A stretch of DNA of 64,000 nucleotides, from contig OY764216.1 in the NCBI GenBank assembly GCA_963668315.1, forward strand, positions 1,856,001 to 1,920,000, given 5' to 3'. A program made the position numbers and the translations under genes. Positions 1-9,501 of the stretch are shown one piece after another. Within the stretch, counting starts at the first letter, position 1, and every line of letters starts with the position of its first letter. Origin of the DNA: Spirochaetia bacterium (GTDB lineage Bacteria > Spirochaetota > Spirochaetia > DSM-2461). The notes beneath the pieces were generated by a model. It made no database searches. It was not told the DNA's origin and saw only the letters and a program-made list of their open reading frames with translations.

Positions 1-399
1 TCTCCATCCCGCATGACAGACTCCACCGGCCTTTGACGATGTATCGTAAAGTATGATGGGAACGCAGTCGGCGACAAATATGTTAAGTAGGATAGCCGGT
101 TCGTTGGTGATAAGCGCATCGGTGGCTTCTATGGCATCCCCCCGGGAAAGACGGCCGCGCCCGGTCAGAGTCTTGCCCACGGGAGTGACGGCGGTTCCGT
201 GGACCTGATCCGCGCAGGTGTAGCAGGAGAAGGGAACGTCAAGTTCCCGGCACAGCTGCTTCCTGTTTTTCAGGGCGTCTTCTCTGTCTCCTCCGGCATG
301 AAGGGCAAGATTGAAACGGCCTTCGTCGCCGGCCGTGGTGAATCCCGCCTTTACTCCCGAACCGATCAGTTCATCCCAGAGGATGAGGGAGCCGCTCAT
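1..399 (-). CDS. pgeF: Peptidoglycan editing factor PgeF / YfiH-family purine nucleoside phosphorylase (5' part; runs off window start)
   Basis: Not in ORF track. Manual translation from ATG at 399 gives MSGSLILWDEL...FNLALHAG...DQVHG...DALIT...VADCVPI...HAGWR, the YfiH family motifs. Start overlaps the upstream stop (ATGA). Confidence 0.9.
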   Translation of the reverse strand, partial: MSGSLILWDELIGSGVKAGFTTAGDEGRFNLALHAGGDREDALKNRKQLCRELDVPFSCYTCADQVHGTAVTPVGKTLTGRGRLSRGDAIEATDALITNEPAILLNIFVADCVPIILYDTSSKAGGVCHAGWR

Positions 400-1649
400 T
401 CCTTATCCAGTGCCTCGAGGGCTTCCCAGCGTTCTCTGAGGGGAGGATGGGAGTAATAAAATGAGCTGTAGAGCGGATGGGGTGTCAGGTTGGACAGATT
501 GTCGCGGTTCAGTTTGATAAGTCCCTGCTGGAGGCCTTTGGCGTTTCCCATGGCATTCCGGGCGAATGCGTCGGCCTGATATTCATGTCTGCGCGAGAGG
601 CGCGACTGAAGGGGGGAAAGGAAATAGGTCAGCGGTGAAGAGAAATAGATCAATATGATCAGAATGGCGTGATAGGAGGGTGCGGAGAAGGAGAAGGCAT
701 GAAAGAGAGGCGTCCAGCTCAGAGCCAGTGACAGGAGATAGAAGACCGCCAGAGAGGAGATCAGGGATGCCGCCAGCCCTTTGATAATATGTTTCTTTTT
801 ATAGTGACCGATTTCATGGGCCAGCACGGCGGTAAGTTCTTCGGTGGTGAGGCTCTCTACCAGAGTGTCGAAAAGTACGATACGCTTGGTGCGCCCCAGA
901 CCGGTGAAGTAGGCGTTGGAGTGTCCCGACCGCCGGCTGCCGTCCATGAGGAAAATGCCCTTGGTTTTAAAGCCGCTTTTCCGGGCCAGGTCATTCAGGC
1001 TTTCCTTGAGTTCACCCTCTTCCAGGGGGGTGAATTTGTTGAAAAGGGGAGCTATCAGGGTGGGATAGATCAGGGAGAGCAGAAGCTGGAAAAGGGAAAG
1101 GGCCGCCCATCCGTAAAACCACCAGTACGGTCCCGTTTTATCCATGAAAAGAAAGAGCAGGGCCAGAAGGGGGAGGGAAATAACCAGGGAAAGGATAAGT
1201 TCCTTGAGCTTGTCGGCAAGCCAGAGGGAGCCGGTCATCTTGTTGAAACCGAACTCCTCCTCTATGATGAACTGACCGTAAACTTCGAGGGGCAGGCCCG
1301 CCAGATCGACGATTAGGGAAAAGAGGAGCAGGTAGGTGATTCCCTTAAGAAGGGGGCCATCCGTCCACAGGGATATGAAGGAGTCCAGCTGTCCGGGGAA
1401 GCCGGAAAGGAGAATTATCAGAATGACAGCGGACCGGACGGCAAAGCTGACAAGGCCGAAGTTCTCCTTTCGTTTGGTATAGGCCTGAGATTTCCGGTAG
1501 CCCTCTTCATCGACCCAGCCCTCGGCGAAGGAGGGAACCCGGTCCTTCTCTTTTAAGGCGCTGTTCATATTGAGAACGGTCAGTACCCAGTGGAAAAGAA
1601 AGCGAAGGGTGAAGAAACATAAATAGATAATGAAAATTGTTCTTGTCAT
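396..1649 (-). CDS. M48 family (Ste24-like) membrane zinc metalloprotease
   Basis: Multiple TM segments, NAYFTG, HEIGH zinc motif, EYQAD, YYSHP. ATG at 1649 follows GGAGAG. Confidence 0.92.
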   Translation of the reverse strand: MTRTIFIIYLCFFTLRFLFHWVLTVLNMNSALKEKDRVPSFAEGWVDEEGYRKSQAYTKRKENFGLVSFAVRSAVILIILLSGFPGQLDSFISLWTDGPLLKGITYLLLFSLIVDLAGLPLEVYGQFIIEEEFGFNKMTGSLWLADKLKELILSLVISLPLLALLFLFMDKTGPYWWFYGWAALSLFQLLLSLIYPTLIAPLFNKFTPLEEGELKESLNDLARKSGFKTKGIFLMDGSRRSGHSNAYFTGLGRTKRIVLFDTLVESLTTEELTAVLAHEIGHYKKKHIIKGLAASLISSLAVFYLLSLALSWTPLFHAFSFSAPSYHAILIILIYFSSPLTYFLSPLQSRLSRRHEYQADAFARNAMGNAKGLQQGLIKLNRDNLSNLTPHPLYSSFYYSHPPLRERWEALEALDKE

Positions 1650-1662
1650 AAGGGCTCTCTCC

Positions 1663-1691
1663 AAAAAAAAAGGCCGTCCCTGGGGACAGCC
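1663..1691 (-). terminator. Rho-independent terminator of the small Zn-ribbon gene
   Basis: Minus strand reads GGCTGTCCC-CA-GGGACGGCC followed by T9. Confidence 0.85.
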
Positions 1692-1722
1692 ATTACGATG
1701 AACATCGTTGAATTAAGTTTGC

Positions 1723-1917
1723 CTAGAGGGCAGCAATAGCTTCTTTCATTTTGCCGTTAGCCACGGCGGCCTTGCACTGCTTGCAGACACTGGCTTTTTT
1801 TCCGTCAAAGTCCAGTTCATATACGGCTTTAATGCCGGTTCTCTTACAAAGAGGACAAGCACCGCGTCCCTTATTGGCGAACTCTTTCATTCCGACGCCT
1901 CTGTGTGCTTTGGACAT
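1723..1917 (-). CDS. Small basic CxxC...CxxC zinc-ribbon protein (64 aa), possibly ribosome-associated
   Basis: MSKAHRG...GRGACPLCKRTG...VCKQCK, K/R-rich, AAGGAG RBS, own promoter and terminator. The ORF-track start at 1986 is probably too long. Confidence 0.8.
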   Translation of the reverse strand: MSKAHRGVGMKEFANKGRGACPLCKRTGIKAVYELDFDGKKASVCKQCKAAVANGKMKEAIAAL

Positions 1918-2017
1918 GAATTTCTCCTTGGTGTTGCATAGGCGTAGCGTAAACCGGGGCTTACGTCCGCCGATCTTCAGGCACATTTACCTGATTCTGC
2001 GAATTTACGTAAGGAAC

Positions 2018-2046
2018 AATATATCGTCTGGCCTGCTTAATGTCAA
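2018..2046 (-). promoter_or_regulatory. sigma70 promoter for the Zn-ribbon gene
   Basis: Minus strand TTGACA-N17-TATATT. Confidence 0.75.
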
Positions 2047-2066
2047 GTGTCGGAGGGGGGTAATAC

Positions 2067-2095
2067 TTGTCCCTGTGACGGTTTTTTTCTATAAT
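2067..2095 (+). promoter_or_regulatory. sigma70 promoter for def-fmt-PASTA
   Basis: TTGTCC-N17-TATAAT, back-to-back with the divergent promoter. Confidence 0.65.
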
Positions 2096-2125
2096 GTACA
2101 GGCTAAAGGTTAACAGGAGCATATT

Positions 2126-2641
2126 TTGGATTTTTATACATTAAATAAGGAAGAGGAGATTCGCGTACTCAGAGCGATATCCGAGCCTGTGAAAGATATA
2201 AACGGGGATCTTGTGGAATTTGCCGACGCCATGGTGGAATCCATGGCTGGCAAGGGTATCGGACTGGCCGCTCCCCAGGTCGGCAGAAACGAAAGGTTTT
2301 TCGTGGTACGCCTGTCGGAAGAGGAGAAACCCCTCTACTTTTTCAACCCCCAGATCATAGGCACCAGTGAAAAGCTTTCCGCTTACGAAGAGGGATGCCT
2401 CAGTATTCCCGAAACCTGGGCGAAAATCAAGAGACCGGCCATAGTGACCGTTCAGGCCTGGAACAGGCGGGGCCGTCCTTTTACCATAGAGGCGGAGGGA
2501 TTGCTTGCCACGGTTATTCAGCATGAGTACGATCATCTTCAGGGCAGGCTGTTTATAGACTATCTGTCGGATAGAAAAAAAGAAAAAATTGCCAAGCATT
2601 TCGGACTGGATCTGTATCCCGATCTGAGCAAGGAGGCATAA
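2126..2641 (+). CDS. def: Peptide deformylase
   Basis: GIGLAAPQ, EGCLS and QHEYDHLQG motifs; TTG start after AGGAG. Confidence 0.97.
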   Translation: MDFYTLNKEEEIRVLRAISEPVKDINGDLVEFADAMVESMAGKGIGLAAPQVGRNERFFVVRLSEEEKPLYFFNPQIIGTSEKLSAYEEGCLSIPETWAKIKRPAIVTVQAWNRRGRPFTIEAEGLLATVIQHEYDHLQGRLFIDYLSDRKKEKIAKHFGLDLYPDLSKEA

Positions 2642-2642
2642 C

Positions 2643-3593
2643 GTGAGAATTCTTTTCGCCGGAACCCCGGAAATGGCCGTCCCCTCCCTCGAGGCGCTGA
2701 ATGAGTGTTTTGAAGTTTGCGGTGTTTTAACAAATCCCGACAAGGCGAAAGGACGGGGACGCAAGACGGTCCCCTCGCCGGTGAAGGTTAAAGCCGAAGA
2801 GTTGGGACTCCCCCTTCTCCAGCCGGAGAAAATCGATCAGGACGTGGTGGACCAGGTAAGGGCGCTGAAGCCGGATGTCCTCGTCTGCATCGCCTACGGC
2901 AAGCTGTTCCGCAAGGCGTTTCTGGACATATTCCCCCTGGGCGGAGTGAATCTTCACCCGTCCATGCTGCCGAAATACCGGGGAGCGTCCCCCGTATCGG
3001 AGGCTATCAAGAACGGCGACAGCGAGACGGCCGTGACCATTCAGCGCCTGGCCATGAAGATGGATTCCGGGGATATTCTTTTTCAGAAGCCCTATCCCCT
3101 TGACAGGAGTGTCACCACGGGCGGTTTTCTGGATCTGATCTCCCGGGACGGAGCCCTCTATATGGTGGAAGTCCTGACGAAACTGGAGAAAGGAGAGCTG
3201 ACCGGAATCCCCCAGGATGAAGAGAAGGCCACCTACTGCACCAAGGTAAGCAAGGAAGACGGGCTTATCGACTGGTACAGTTCCGCCGATGAGATTGAGC
3301 GGCTGATAAGGGCCTATTCCCCCGCTCCCGGCGGATTTACCTTCTGGAATGAGCAGATCCTATTTGTGCGGAAGGCCACCACGGAGAATCTGACCTGGAA
3401 GATCGAAGGGCGACCCCATCCCGGTCAGATCCTCGGTGTAGACAAGAGCCGCGGAATTCTGGTACAAACAGGTGACGGGCTTATCTGTCTTGAGGAGCTG
3501 CAGCTCCAATCCCGTAAGTCTCTGGACTTCAAGTCCTTTCTGAACGGGGTAAAGGATTTTCTCGATACCACCCTGGGAGAGGTTAATGGCTAA
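2643..3593 (+). CDS. fmt: Methionyl-tRNA formyltransferase
   Basis: MRILFAGTP, NLHPSMLPKYRGASP, MDSGD; follows def. Confidence 0.97.
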   Translation: MRILFAGTPEMAVPSLEALNECFEVCGVLTNPDKAKGRGRKTVPSPVKVKAEELGLPLLQPEKIDQDVVDQVRALKPDVLVCIAYGKLFRKAFLDIFPLGGVNLHPSMLPKYRGASPVSEAIKNGDSETAVTIQRLAMKMDSGDILFQKPYPLDRSVTTGGFLDLISRDGALYMVEVLTKLEKGELTGIPQDEEKATYCTKVSKEDGLIDWYSSADEIERLIRAYSPAPGGFTFWNEQILFVRKATTENLTWKIEGRPHPGQILGVDKSRGILVQTGDGLICLEELQLQSRKSLDFKSFLNGVKDFLDTTLGEVNG

Positions 3594-4644
3594 GGCATCA
3601 TTTTTCAAAAATAACGGAGGCAAGGCCCCCGACGACTCACTGCTTCATAAAGTTCATAACGAGACGGAGGAGGAACAGAACTTTTTCAAAAAGGCTCTGT
3701 TTATCATCCTGATTGTCTTCGGCCTTATGTTGTTTACCTTTGCCGTTACTTTTTTCGCCGCAGTCCGCGGAGGGGAGAAAACGCTTATTCCCAATGTCGT
3801 GGGAGAATCCATCACTGAAGCCCTTGTGACACTTCAGGAGCGGGAGCTTTACCCCAAGGTACAGGTTAAGTTCACCGACGATCCCAAGGAAAAGAATACC
3901 ATTATCGACCAGTCGCCCAAGCCGGGAACCAGCGTGAAGGCGGGGCGCAGAGTCAGCCTGACCATAAGCAAGGGCGCCGTAATCGAGAATGTGGGCGATT
4001 ATGTGGGAAATAATCTGGAAGATGTCCGCGTGAATCTGCAGACCCTCTTCGCCACTTATAAGCCTTTGCTTCAGATAGCGGAAGTTATCTATCAGTTCTC
4101 CGACGAGCCTGTGGGAACCATTCTGGCCCAGGAGCCGGCCCCCGATACTCCCGTAACGGAGCTGACCGATCTTACCTTTGTGGTCAGCCGAGGAATGGAT
4201 GAGGGCATGTATAAGGTGGAGAATTTCACCGGGATGAAGTTTGACGAGGTGATTCAGAGCCTGAGCGAACAGAATATCCCCTTCGTTTTCGACATTGATT
4301 CAAGCGCCCCCGCCCAGAGGGAAGCGGTCGTTTTCAAGCAGAATCCGCCCATAGGGGATTTTGTAGAGCAGGGAACGCCTGTGGAACTGACCATAAACGG
4401 TCTGAGCCAGGTTCCCCGGCACATGGTCTTCGGCCTCTTCGAATACCAGATGCCCACCTACATGATTCCCGTTACGGTGCAGCTGGAAAGAAGATATGAG
4501 GCGGAAGAGCCGGAAATCATCTTTACTACGAAATATCCCGGCGGCCGGGTTGCCATTCCCTATCTGGAAAGGGAAGGAACCACTCTCGTCCTTTATGTTT
4601 CCTATAACGAAAGAACGAGAATTCAGGTCGGCGCTCAGGAATAA
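3586..4644 (+). CDS. Membrane-anchored PASTA domain protein (no kinase domain)
   Basis: One TM helix, then repeated PASTA-like units (IPNVVG...IIDQSPKPG; ILAQEPAP; FKQNPPIG). Confidence 0.85.
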   Translation: MAKASFFKNNGGKAPDDSLLHKVHNETEEEQNFFKKALFIILIVFGLMLFTFAVTFFAAVRGGEKTLIPNVVGESITEALVTLQERELYPKVQVKFTDDPKEKNTIIDQSPKPGTSVKAGRRVSLTISKGAVIENVGDYVGNNLEDVRVNLQTLFATYKPLLQIAEVIYQFSDEPVGTILAQEPAPDTPVTELTDLTFVVSRGMDEGMYKVENFTGMKFDEVIQSLSEQNIPFVFDIDSSAPAQREAVVFKQNPPIGDFVEQGTPVELTINGLSQVPRHMVFGLFEYQMPTYMIPVTVQLERRYEAEEPEIIFTTKYPGGRVAIPYLEREGTTLVLYVSYNERTRIQVGAQE

Positions 4645-4660
4645 CCGCCGTAGCGCAGAG

Positions 4661-4690
4661 AAAGCCGCTTCCTCGGGAAGCGGTTTTTTT
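4661..4690 (+). terminator. Rho-independent terminator
   Basis: GCCGCTTCC-TC-GGGAAGCGGT hairpin plus T run. Confidence 0.85.
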
Positions 4691-4890
4691 ATGTGCTTTC
4701 CCTTACTGGATAGATTTTTCCAGAATAGAATGATTTATGCTCTCCCTATCATAGGGCCGTATTATGACCGTATGTTCCGTATTCACCCCCAAGGCGGGAC
4801 AGGAACCGTCTGTCTAATCGGTTTTGATGCTTATGAAGGAAGGGTATGGCAGGTAATCAGTCGTGTAGGCGCAAGTGGACTTGTTCCCTT

Positions 4891-5532
4891 CTATAGAAAA
4901 TGGAGCGTCCCGAAATATTCCGGTCTGTGAAAATCGGGTGTCTCCGTAAGGATTTCGTTCCAGGCTAGGAAATGGGGCTCTTTGAGATTGTCCCCGCATT
5001 TGTAAAAATTGGCCCGGAATGATCGGCCCGCCGGTTCGGCCAGATCGGTTCCAGAGAAAAGAGTCAGGGGGAGGGAGATGGTTATTTCCCAGGGTTCCGG
5101 ACAGTCTCGCTCGGCGAAGGGCTTGTTTCCCAGGCTGCTTTTGCTCAGGATTGCAGCCACCTGTCCAACGGGGAGGGGCCGGGATGTCTCCCGGGATGTG
5201 CCATGGGCCATATAGGCTGTCCCGATGCAGCTCACTTCAAGATTGAAATAGCTTCCGTCTCCCGGATTGATGAAGAATTCCACACAGCTGTCCCTGCAGA
5301 CGGGATCGTTAAGGGAGGAAAAGTCCGCCCTGACGCTCTTTTCCTCGACGTAATACTGGAGAATAAGTGAGTCCGATGCCCGGGCGATTTTAAAGCTCAC
5401 CCGGGGAACATAGGGATACTCTTTCCAGGGAGCCCTGTCCAGGATAAGGGCGGGCTCTGCCTTGAGCGCCTCTTCGGCCTCGGCTATTGATGATATAACC
5501 CGATTGATAAAGGGCACTTCCAGAGTCTTCAT
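4891..5532 (-). CDS. Carbohydrate-binding family 9-like (DOMON-fold) protein
   Basis: DSCVEFF, YFNLE, RANFYKCGD, PDFHRPEYFG are typical of CBM9-like proteins. Confidence 0.8.
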   Translation of the reverse strand: MKTLEVPFINRVISSIAEAEEALKAEPALILDRAPWKEYPYVPRVSFKIARASDSLILQYYVEEKSVRADFSSLNDPVCRDSCVEFFINPGDGSYFNLEVSCIGTAYMAHGTSRETSRPLPVGQVAAILSKSSLGNKPFAERDCPEPWEITISLPLTLFSGTDLAEPAGRSFRANFYKCGDNLKEPHFLAWNEILTETPDFHRPEYFGTLHFL

Positions 5533-5542
5533 TATCGGTTTC

Positions 5543-6397
5543 TTATGCCGTGGGGGCTATGATATGGCGGGCGCGAAGATCGTCGGATTTTTCCAGCCAG
5601 AACTCCAGGAGGTTCTGTTGAATCCCGCCGAAGTACTTCCTTTCCATCTCCGCCGCCGCTTTACCGATATAACGGTAGTGCCAGCATTCGTAGGAGTAAC
5701 CGGTCAGTTCCTCCTTGCCTTTCGGAAAGGAGAGGGACCAGCCGTATTTCCATGCATTCTCCAGCTGCCAGACCCCTTCCGGTGTCGTTTCGTAGGAGTC
5801 GTCGATGTTGCCGAAATCGATAACCAGGCCCAGCTGATGCTGGGATTTGCCCGGTTGGGCCGAGATCTTATCCGCCTCATCTTTCCCCATCTGCTCTACC
5901 CAGTGGTTGTAGGTTTTCACCTGATACACATAGGACCGGTACGCGGAGGAGTGAAGCAGGGAGAGCCCCTCGGCCTTGGCGGCTTCGTTCATTTCGATGA
6001 GGGCCGGGAGGGCTATTCTGCGTATCTGCATGCCCTCTTTGTTTTTATCAAGAAGCCCGATATCGTCCAGGTTGACCAGATCTTCGGGGACGAAACTGCT
6101 CTCCAGGGGGTGCTGCTTATCCACAAGGGTGAAGAGGGAAGGATCCTCTGCCAGCATCTCGTCGGCCAGGGTAAGAAAACCGATGGGATCGGTTTTGATC
6201 GCATCCCCTATGGCCTTTCTGTCCTCCGAGGACATGTTTACTACGTCGTCGGCAAAGGTATTCATTTCTTCTTCCGTGTAAGAAAAGGATTTGTAAACGG
6301 CAAGGGGACCTGCCTGGTCGACTTGCGCCGTGTCGCTGTTCCGGGAACAGCCCGATAAAATCAAGAGAATCATAAGTGGGAAAAGATAAAATTTCAT
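5543..6397 (-). CDS. M15B family D-alanyl-D-alanine carboxypeptidase (VanY-like) lipoprotein
   Basis: Lipobox LSGC; SAYRS, SQHQLGLVID, YECWHYRY motifs. Confidence 0.9.
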   Translation of the reverse strand: MKFYLFPLMILLILSGCSRNSDTAQVDQAGPLAVYKSFSYTEEEMNTFADDVVNMSSEDRKAIGDAIKTDPIGFLTLADEMLAEDPSLFTLVDKQHPLESSFVPEDLVNLDDIGLLDKNKEGMQIRRIALPALIEMNEAAKAEGLSLLHSSAYRSYVYQVKTYNHWVEQMGKDEADKISAQPGKSQHQLGLVIDFGNIDDSYETTPEGVWQLENAWKYGWSLSFPKGKEELTGYSYECWHYRYIGKAAAEMERKYFGGIQQNLLEFWLEKSDDLRARHIIAPTA

Positions 6398-6716
6398 GGG
6401 GGAAATCCTAGCACCGATTGGTAAAATCATCAATATGACTCTGCTCTTTTCTTGACTGGAGTCGATGGGGAAAAGGGCCGGATAAAAAAAGAGGCAGGGA
6501 TTGTACCGGACATGAGCCAGGACCGCCCGGCGGCCCGGAGGTAGCCGGAAGAAGCGGTCCGGTTAAGCGAATGGGAGGGGAAAGCCCGGCCCGCTTCAGC
6601 GGGGCCTTCCGGGAGAAGAGGGATTCTTCCAGCCTCCAGGCCTCTGGGGACTACACAATCGGAGCTTTTTTTCTTATATTTCATAGGACCGGTTCCGCCG
6701 GAAGAGGAATGGAAAA

Positions 6717-7928
6717 TTGACAAGAGAAAAGCTCTATTATCACGATAACAGATTAACGACATTTACCGCCACTGTTTATGAATGTGAACGGGAGGGAGAC
6801 CGCTACGCCGTGGGACTGGACCGAACGGCTTTCTATCCCGAAGGGGGAGGACAGCCGGCGGACAGGGGAACGATTAACGGCATTCCCGTCCTCCATGTGG
6901 CCAAGGGGGATGAGTATCCCGTCCATTATCTGGGTTCTCCCCTGGAACCGGGCACCGATGTGGTGTGCCGGGTGGATTGGGAGTACCGTTTCGATTTCAT
7001 GCAGCAGCATACGGGGCAGCACATCCTGTCCTCCGTTTTCTGGAAGCTGGGCGAATGGGCCACCCTTTCGGTTCACCAGGGGGATGACTATACCTCCATT
7101 GAGTTGGATGAGGCGGAGTTGTCCGAGGAGGATTTATACCGCGTGGAGCGCGAGGCGAACAGGCTTGTCGCGGCCAATATCCCGGTGGAGACTTTCTGGG
7201 TGGAGGAGGAAGACCTGGATAAGTATCCTCTGCGCCGCCCTGCAAAGGTTTCCGGCCATATCCGCCTGGTCCGCATCGGCAAAGAGGAGTGCGTTCCCTG
7301 CGGCGGTGTCCATACCTCGAGGACGGGGGATGTGGGGCTTGTCTCTTTTCTGGGGCAGGAGAAGATCCGCGGGCGCATCAGAACTCTCTGGAAAATCGGG
7401 GAGCGGGCCTTCCGTCAGATGCGGGAGAATCAGAAGCTTCTCTCGAGTCTGGGTGTCAGGTATTCCGTGCCCCCCGCCGGTCTTCCCGAAAGGCTTGATT
7501 CTCTGGACCGGGATATTTTTGAAAGGGAAGGGCAGATCCGTCAGCTTCAGGACGAGCTGATGGCCCATCGTCTGGACGGTCTGGAAAATCAGATTGATGA
7601 TAAGGGCATCCTGACCGCCGTGGTATCCACGGAGGACAAGAAATTCCTCCAGGCGGCGGCGACCTCCCTTCTGGAGAAGGAGAACTGCCGTTTCGTCGCT
7701 CTGGTGAATCAGCGGGAAGGGGATCTCCAGTGGATCATCGGGGCCGGCGGGGATGTGGCCTTTGATTTTACCCGCGTCCGTAATGAGGTCCTGCCCCTTA
7801 TCAAGGGCAAGGGCGGCGGACGGGGTCCCATCTGGCAGGGCAAGGGGGAAGGTCCCGATGCGGAGGCATTTCTCGAAGCCCTGAGAAAGGGATGCTGCGA
7901 GAACGGAAGGGAACAGGATAAGCGCTGA
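6717..7928 (+). CDS. Free-standing alanyl-tRNA editing protein (AlaX, with DHHA1 domain)
   Basis: TAFYPEGGGQPAD, QQHTGQH, CGGVH, C-terminal GKGGG. Confidence 0.9.
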   Translation: MTREKLYYHDNRLTTFTATVYECEREGDRYAVGLDRTAFYPEGGGQPADRGTINGIPVLHVAKGDEYPVHYLGSPLEPGTDVVCRVDWEYRFDFMQQHTGQHILSSVFWKLGEWATLSVHQGDDYTSIELDEAELSEEDLYRVEREANRLVAANIPVETFWVEEEDLDKYPLRRPAKVSGHIRLVRIGKEECVPCGGVHTSRTGDVGLVSFLGQEKIRGRIRTLWKIGERAFRQMRENQKLLSSLGVRYSVPPAGLPERLDSLDRDIFEREGQIRQLQDELMAHRLDGLENQIDDKGILTAVVSTEDKKFLQAAATSLLEKENCRFVALVNQREGDLQWIIGAGGDVAFDFTRVRNEVLPLIKGKGGGRGPIWQGKGEGPDAEAFLEALRKGCCENGREQDKR

Positions 7929-7971
7929 ATTCGCCCTTGATCTGCCGGTAAAATGATGGTAATTTGTTCCC

Positions 7972-8325
7972 ATGGGAAAAAAGCTTTTCACCGTTGTGGT
8001 CATTCTGGCCGTGGCGGCTTTCATTTATTACAATAAAGGCTCCATGGTTGAACGGTATAAAACCAGAAAAAATCTGGAGAACCGTCTGGAAGAGATAACC
8101 GGCTCCGATGTGGATTTGAGAAAATTCTTCAAAGGTCTGGAGGGAGTCAACCGGGATCTCGGGGATTTGAAAGAGGATGGCCTTAATGATATTAAGGATC
8201 GTCTTGACAGCCTGACTCAGGAGGAGAGAGACGGTCTTTCCCGTCTTCTTGATGAAAAAGGGGATGATCTGGAATCCTTTCTGAATGAAGTCGTCAGGGA
8301 TGGGGATAAGGGGGAGAATCCATGA
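7972..8325 (+). CDS. Hypothetical membrane-anchored acidic helical protein
   Basis: N-terminal hydrophobic anchor; coupled to the next gene by ATGA. Confidence 0.65.
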   Translation: MGKKLFTVVVILAVAAFIYYNKGSMVERYKTRKNLENRLEEITGSDVDLRKFFKGLEGVNRDLGDLKEDGLNDIKDRLDSLTQEERDGLSRLLDEKGDDLESFLNEVVRDGDKGENP

Positions 8326-8744
8326 GCCGGAACGGCGATGAGAAAATGCGTGAGGAATTCTGGAAGGGTATGGCCGAGGAGACGGGCGAGGAGATTCTGA
8401 ATCACGCTCTGCTGCGCGTTATGGCTTCCGAACCGGATGGGGATCTGAAGGATAAGTGGCTCCTTTTCTTCTCTACGGAAAATTGTCTGTACTACAAGAG
8501 ATTCCCCTCCGATTCCATGATGGCGAGACTCTTCAATACGGGCGAAAAGGAGAAGGAGTATCCCCTCGAGGGGCTCCGCTGGGAGAATATCCGCTGTATC
8601 GGAAACAAGAAAAGAAGCTTGATCGCCCGTCTGCTGGGATCTCCCGCCTCCCTGGAACTGAGGTGGGGTGACGGTCCGCGCCTCTTTATCGAGATGGACC
8701 GGGCCGGCGAGGCTCTTTTTAAGGGACGGTTGGAAGAGGCATGA
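8322..8744 (+). CDS. Hypothetical protein
   Basis: GGAG RBS; ATGA overlaps at both ends. Confidence 0.65.
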   Translation: MSRNGDEKMREEFWKGMAEETGEEILNHALLRVMASEPDGDLKDKWLLFFSTENCLYYKRFPSDSMMARLFNTGEKEKEYPLEGLRWENIRCIGNKKRSLIARLLGSPASLELRWGDGPRLFIEMDRAGEALFKGRLEEA

Positions 8745-9463
8745 CCGTAAGCGTATACGGAATGGGCCGCTTCGGCCGTTTCTGGGCATCCGAACTCAGC
8801 CGGGCCATTCCCGATATAGGCGGGTATAACAGAACGCCCCGCGAACTTCCTCCTTCGGTAAGGCCCGTCAGTTTTGAAGATCTCTGCGGTTCGGACGTCA
8901 TTATCCTCACCACGGCCATCTCTTCCATGGAGGAGGTGCTGAAGAAGATAGCTCCCCTTATAAAGAAAGATGCCCTGGTTATGGATTGCTGCTCCGTGAA
9001 GGTGTGGCCGGCGGAGGTGATGGAGAAATACCTTCCCCCGGAAACGGCTATTCTGGGAACCCACCCCATGTTCGGCCCCGATTCGGGAAAGAACGGTATC
9101 GAGGGCCTTCCCATCGTCGTCTCTCCCATCCGGGTGGACAGGGAAAGGGAGGAGTTCTGGAAGGGCGTTTTCGCTTCCCTGAGGCTTGATATTCATGTGA
9201 TGACCCCCGATGAACACGACAGGGAAGCGGCTTTTACCCAGGGGATCACCCACTATATCGGGCGGATTCTGGGGGATATGAAGCTGGAGGACAGCCCTAT
9301 CGCCACCTCGGGATACCGCAGCCTCCAGAAAATTGTGGAACAGACCTGCAACGACGACTGGCAGCTTTTTCTGGATCTGCAGAATTATAATCCTCATACC
9401 GAAGAGATGAGGAGTAAGCTGGACAGGGTTCTGGCAAAAATGATAAAGTACTTACATCCCTAG
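8741..9463 (+). CDS. tyrA: Prephenate/arogenate dehydrogenase
   Basis: GMGRFG Rossmann motif, DCCSVK, HPMFGP, EHD, TQGITH. Confidence 0.88.
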   Translation: MTVSVYGMGRFGRFWASELSRAIPDIGGYNRTPRELPPSVRPVSFEDLCGSDVIILTTAISSMEEVLKKIAPLIKKDALVMDCCSVKVWPAEVMEKYLPPETAILGTHPMFGPDSGKNGIEGLPIVVSPIRVDREREEFWKGVFASLRLDIHVMTPDEHDREAAFTQGITHYIGRILGDMKLEDSPIATSGYRSLQKIVEQTCNDDWQLFLDLQNYNPHTEEMRSKLDRVLAKMIKYLHP

Positions 9464-9501
9464 GGGCCTGTTCCCGGGGTGAAAATATTCAGGAGGCCGA
9501 A

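Noticed and set aside
4496..4930. ORF spanning the PASTA terminator
   Set aside because: It crosses a clear terminator and overlaps two genes; no protein-like features.
5543..6397. Vancomycin-resistance cluster suggested by the VanY-like gene
   Set aside because: No vanA/H/X or vanRS nearby; an ordinary cell-wall carboxypeptidase is more likely.
6434..6716. T-box leader before alaX
   Set aside because: No GGTGGNACCGCG T-box sequence or specifier-loop motifs.
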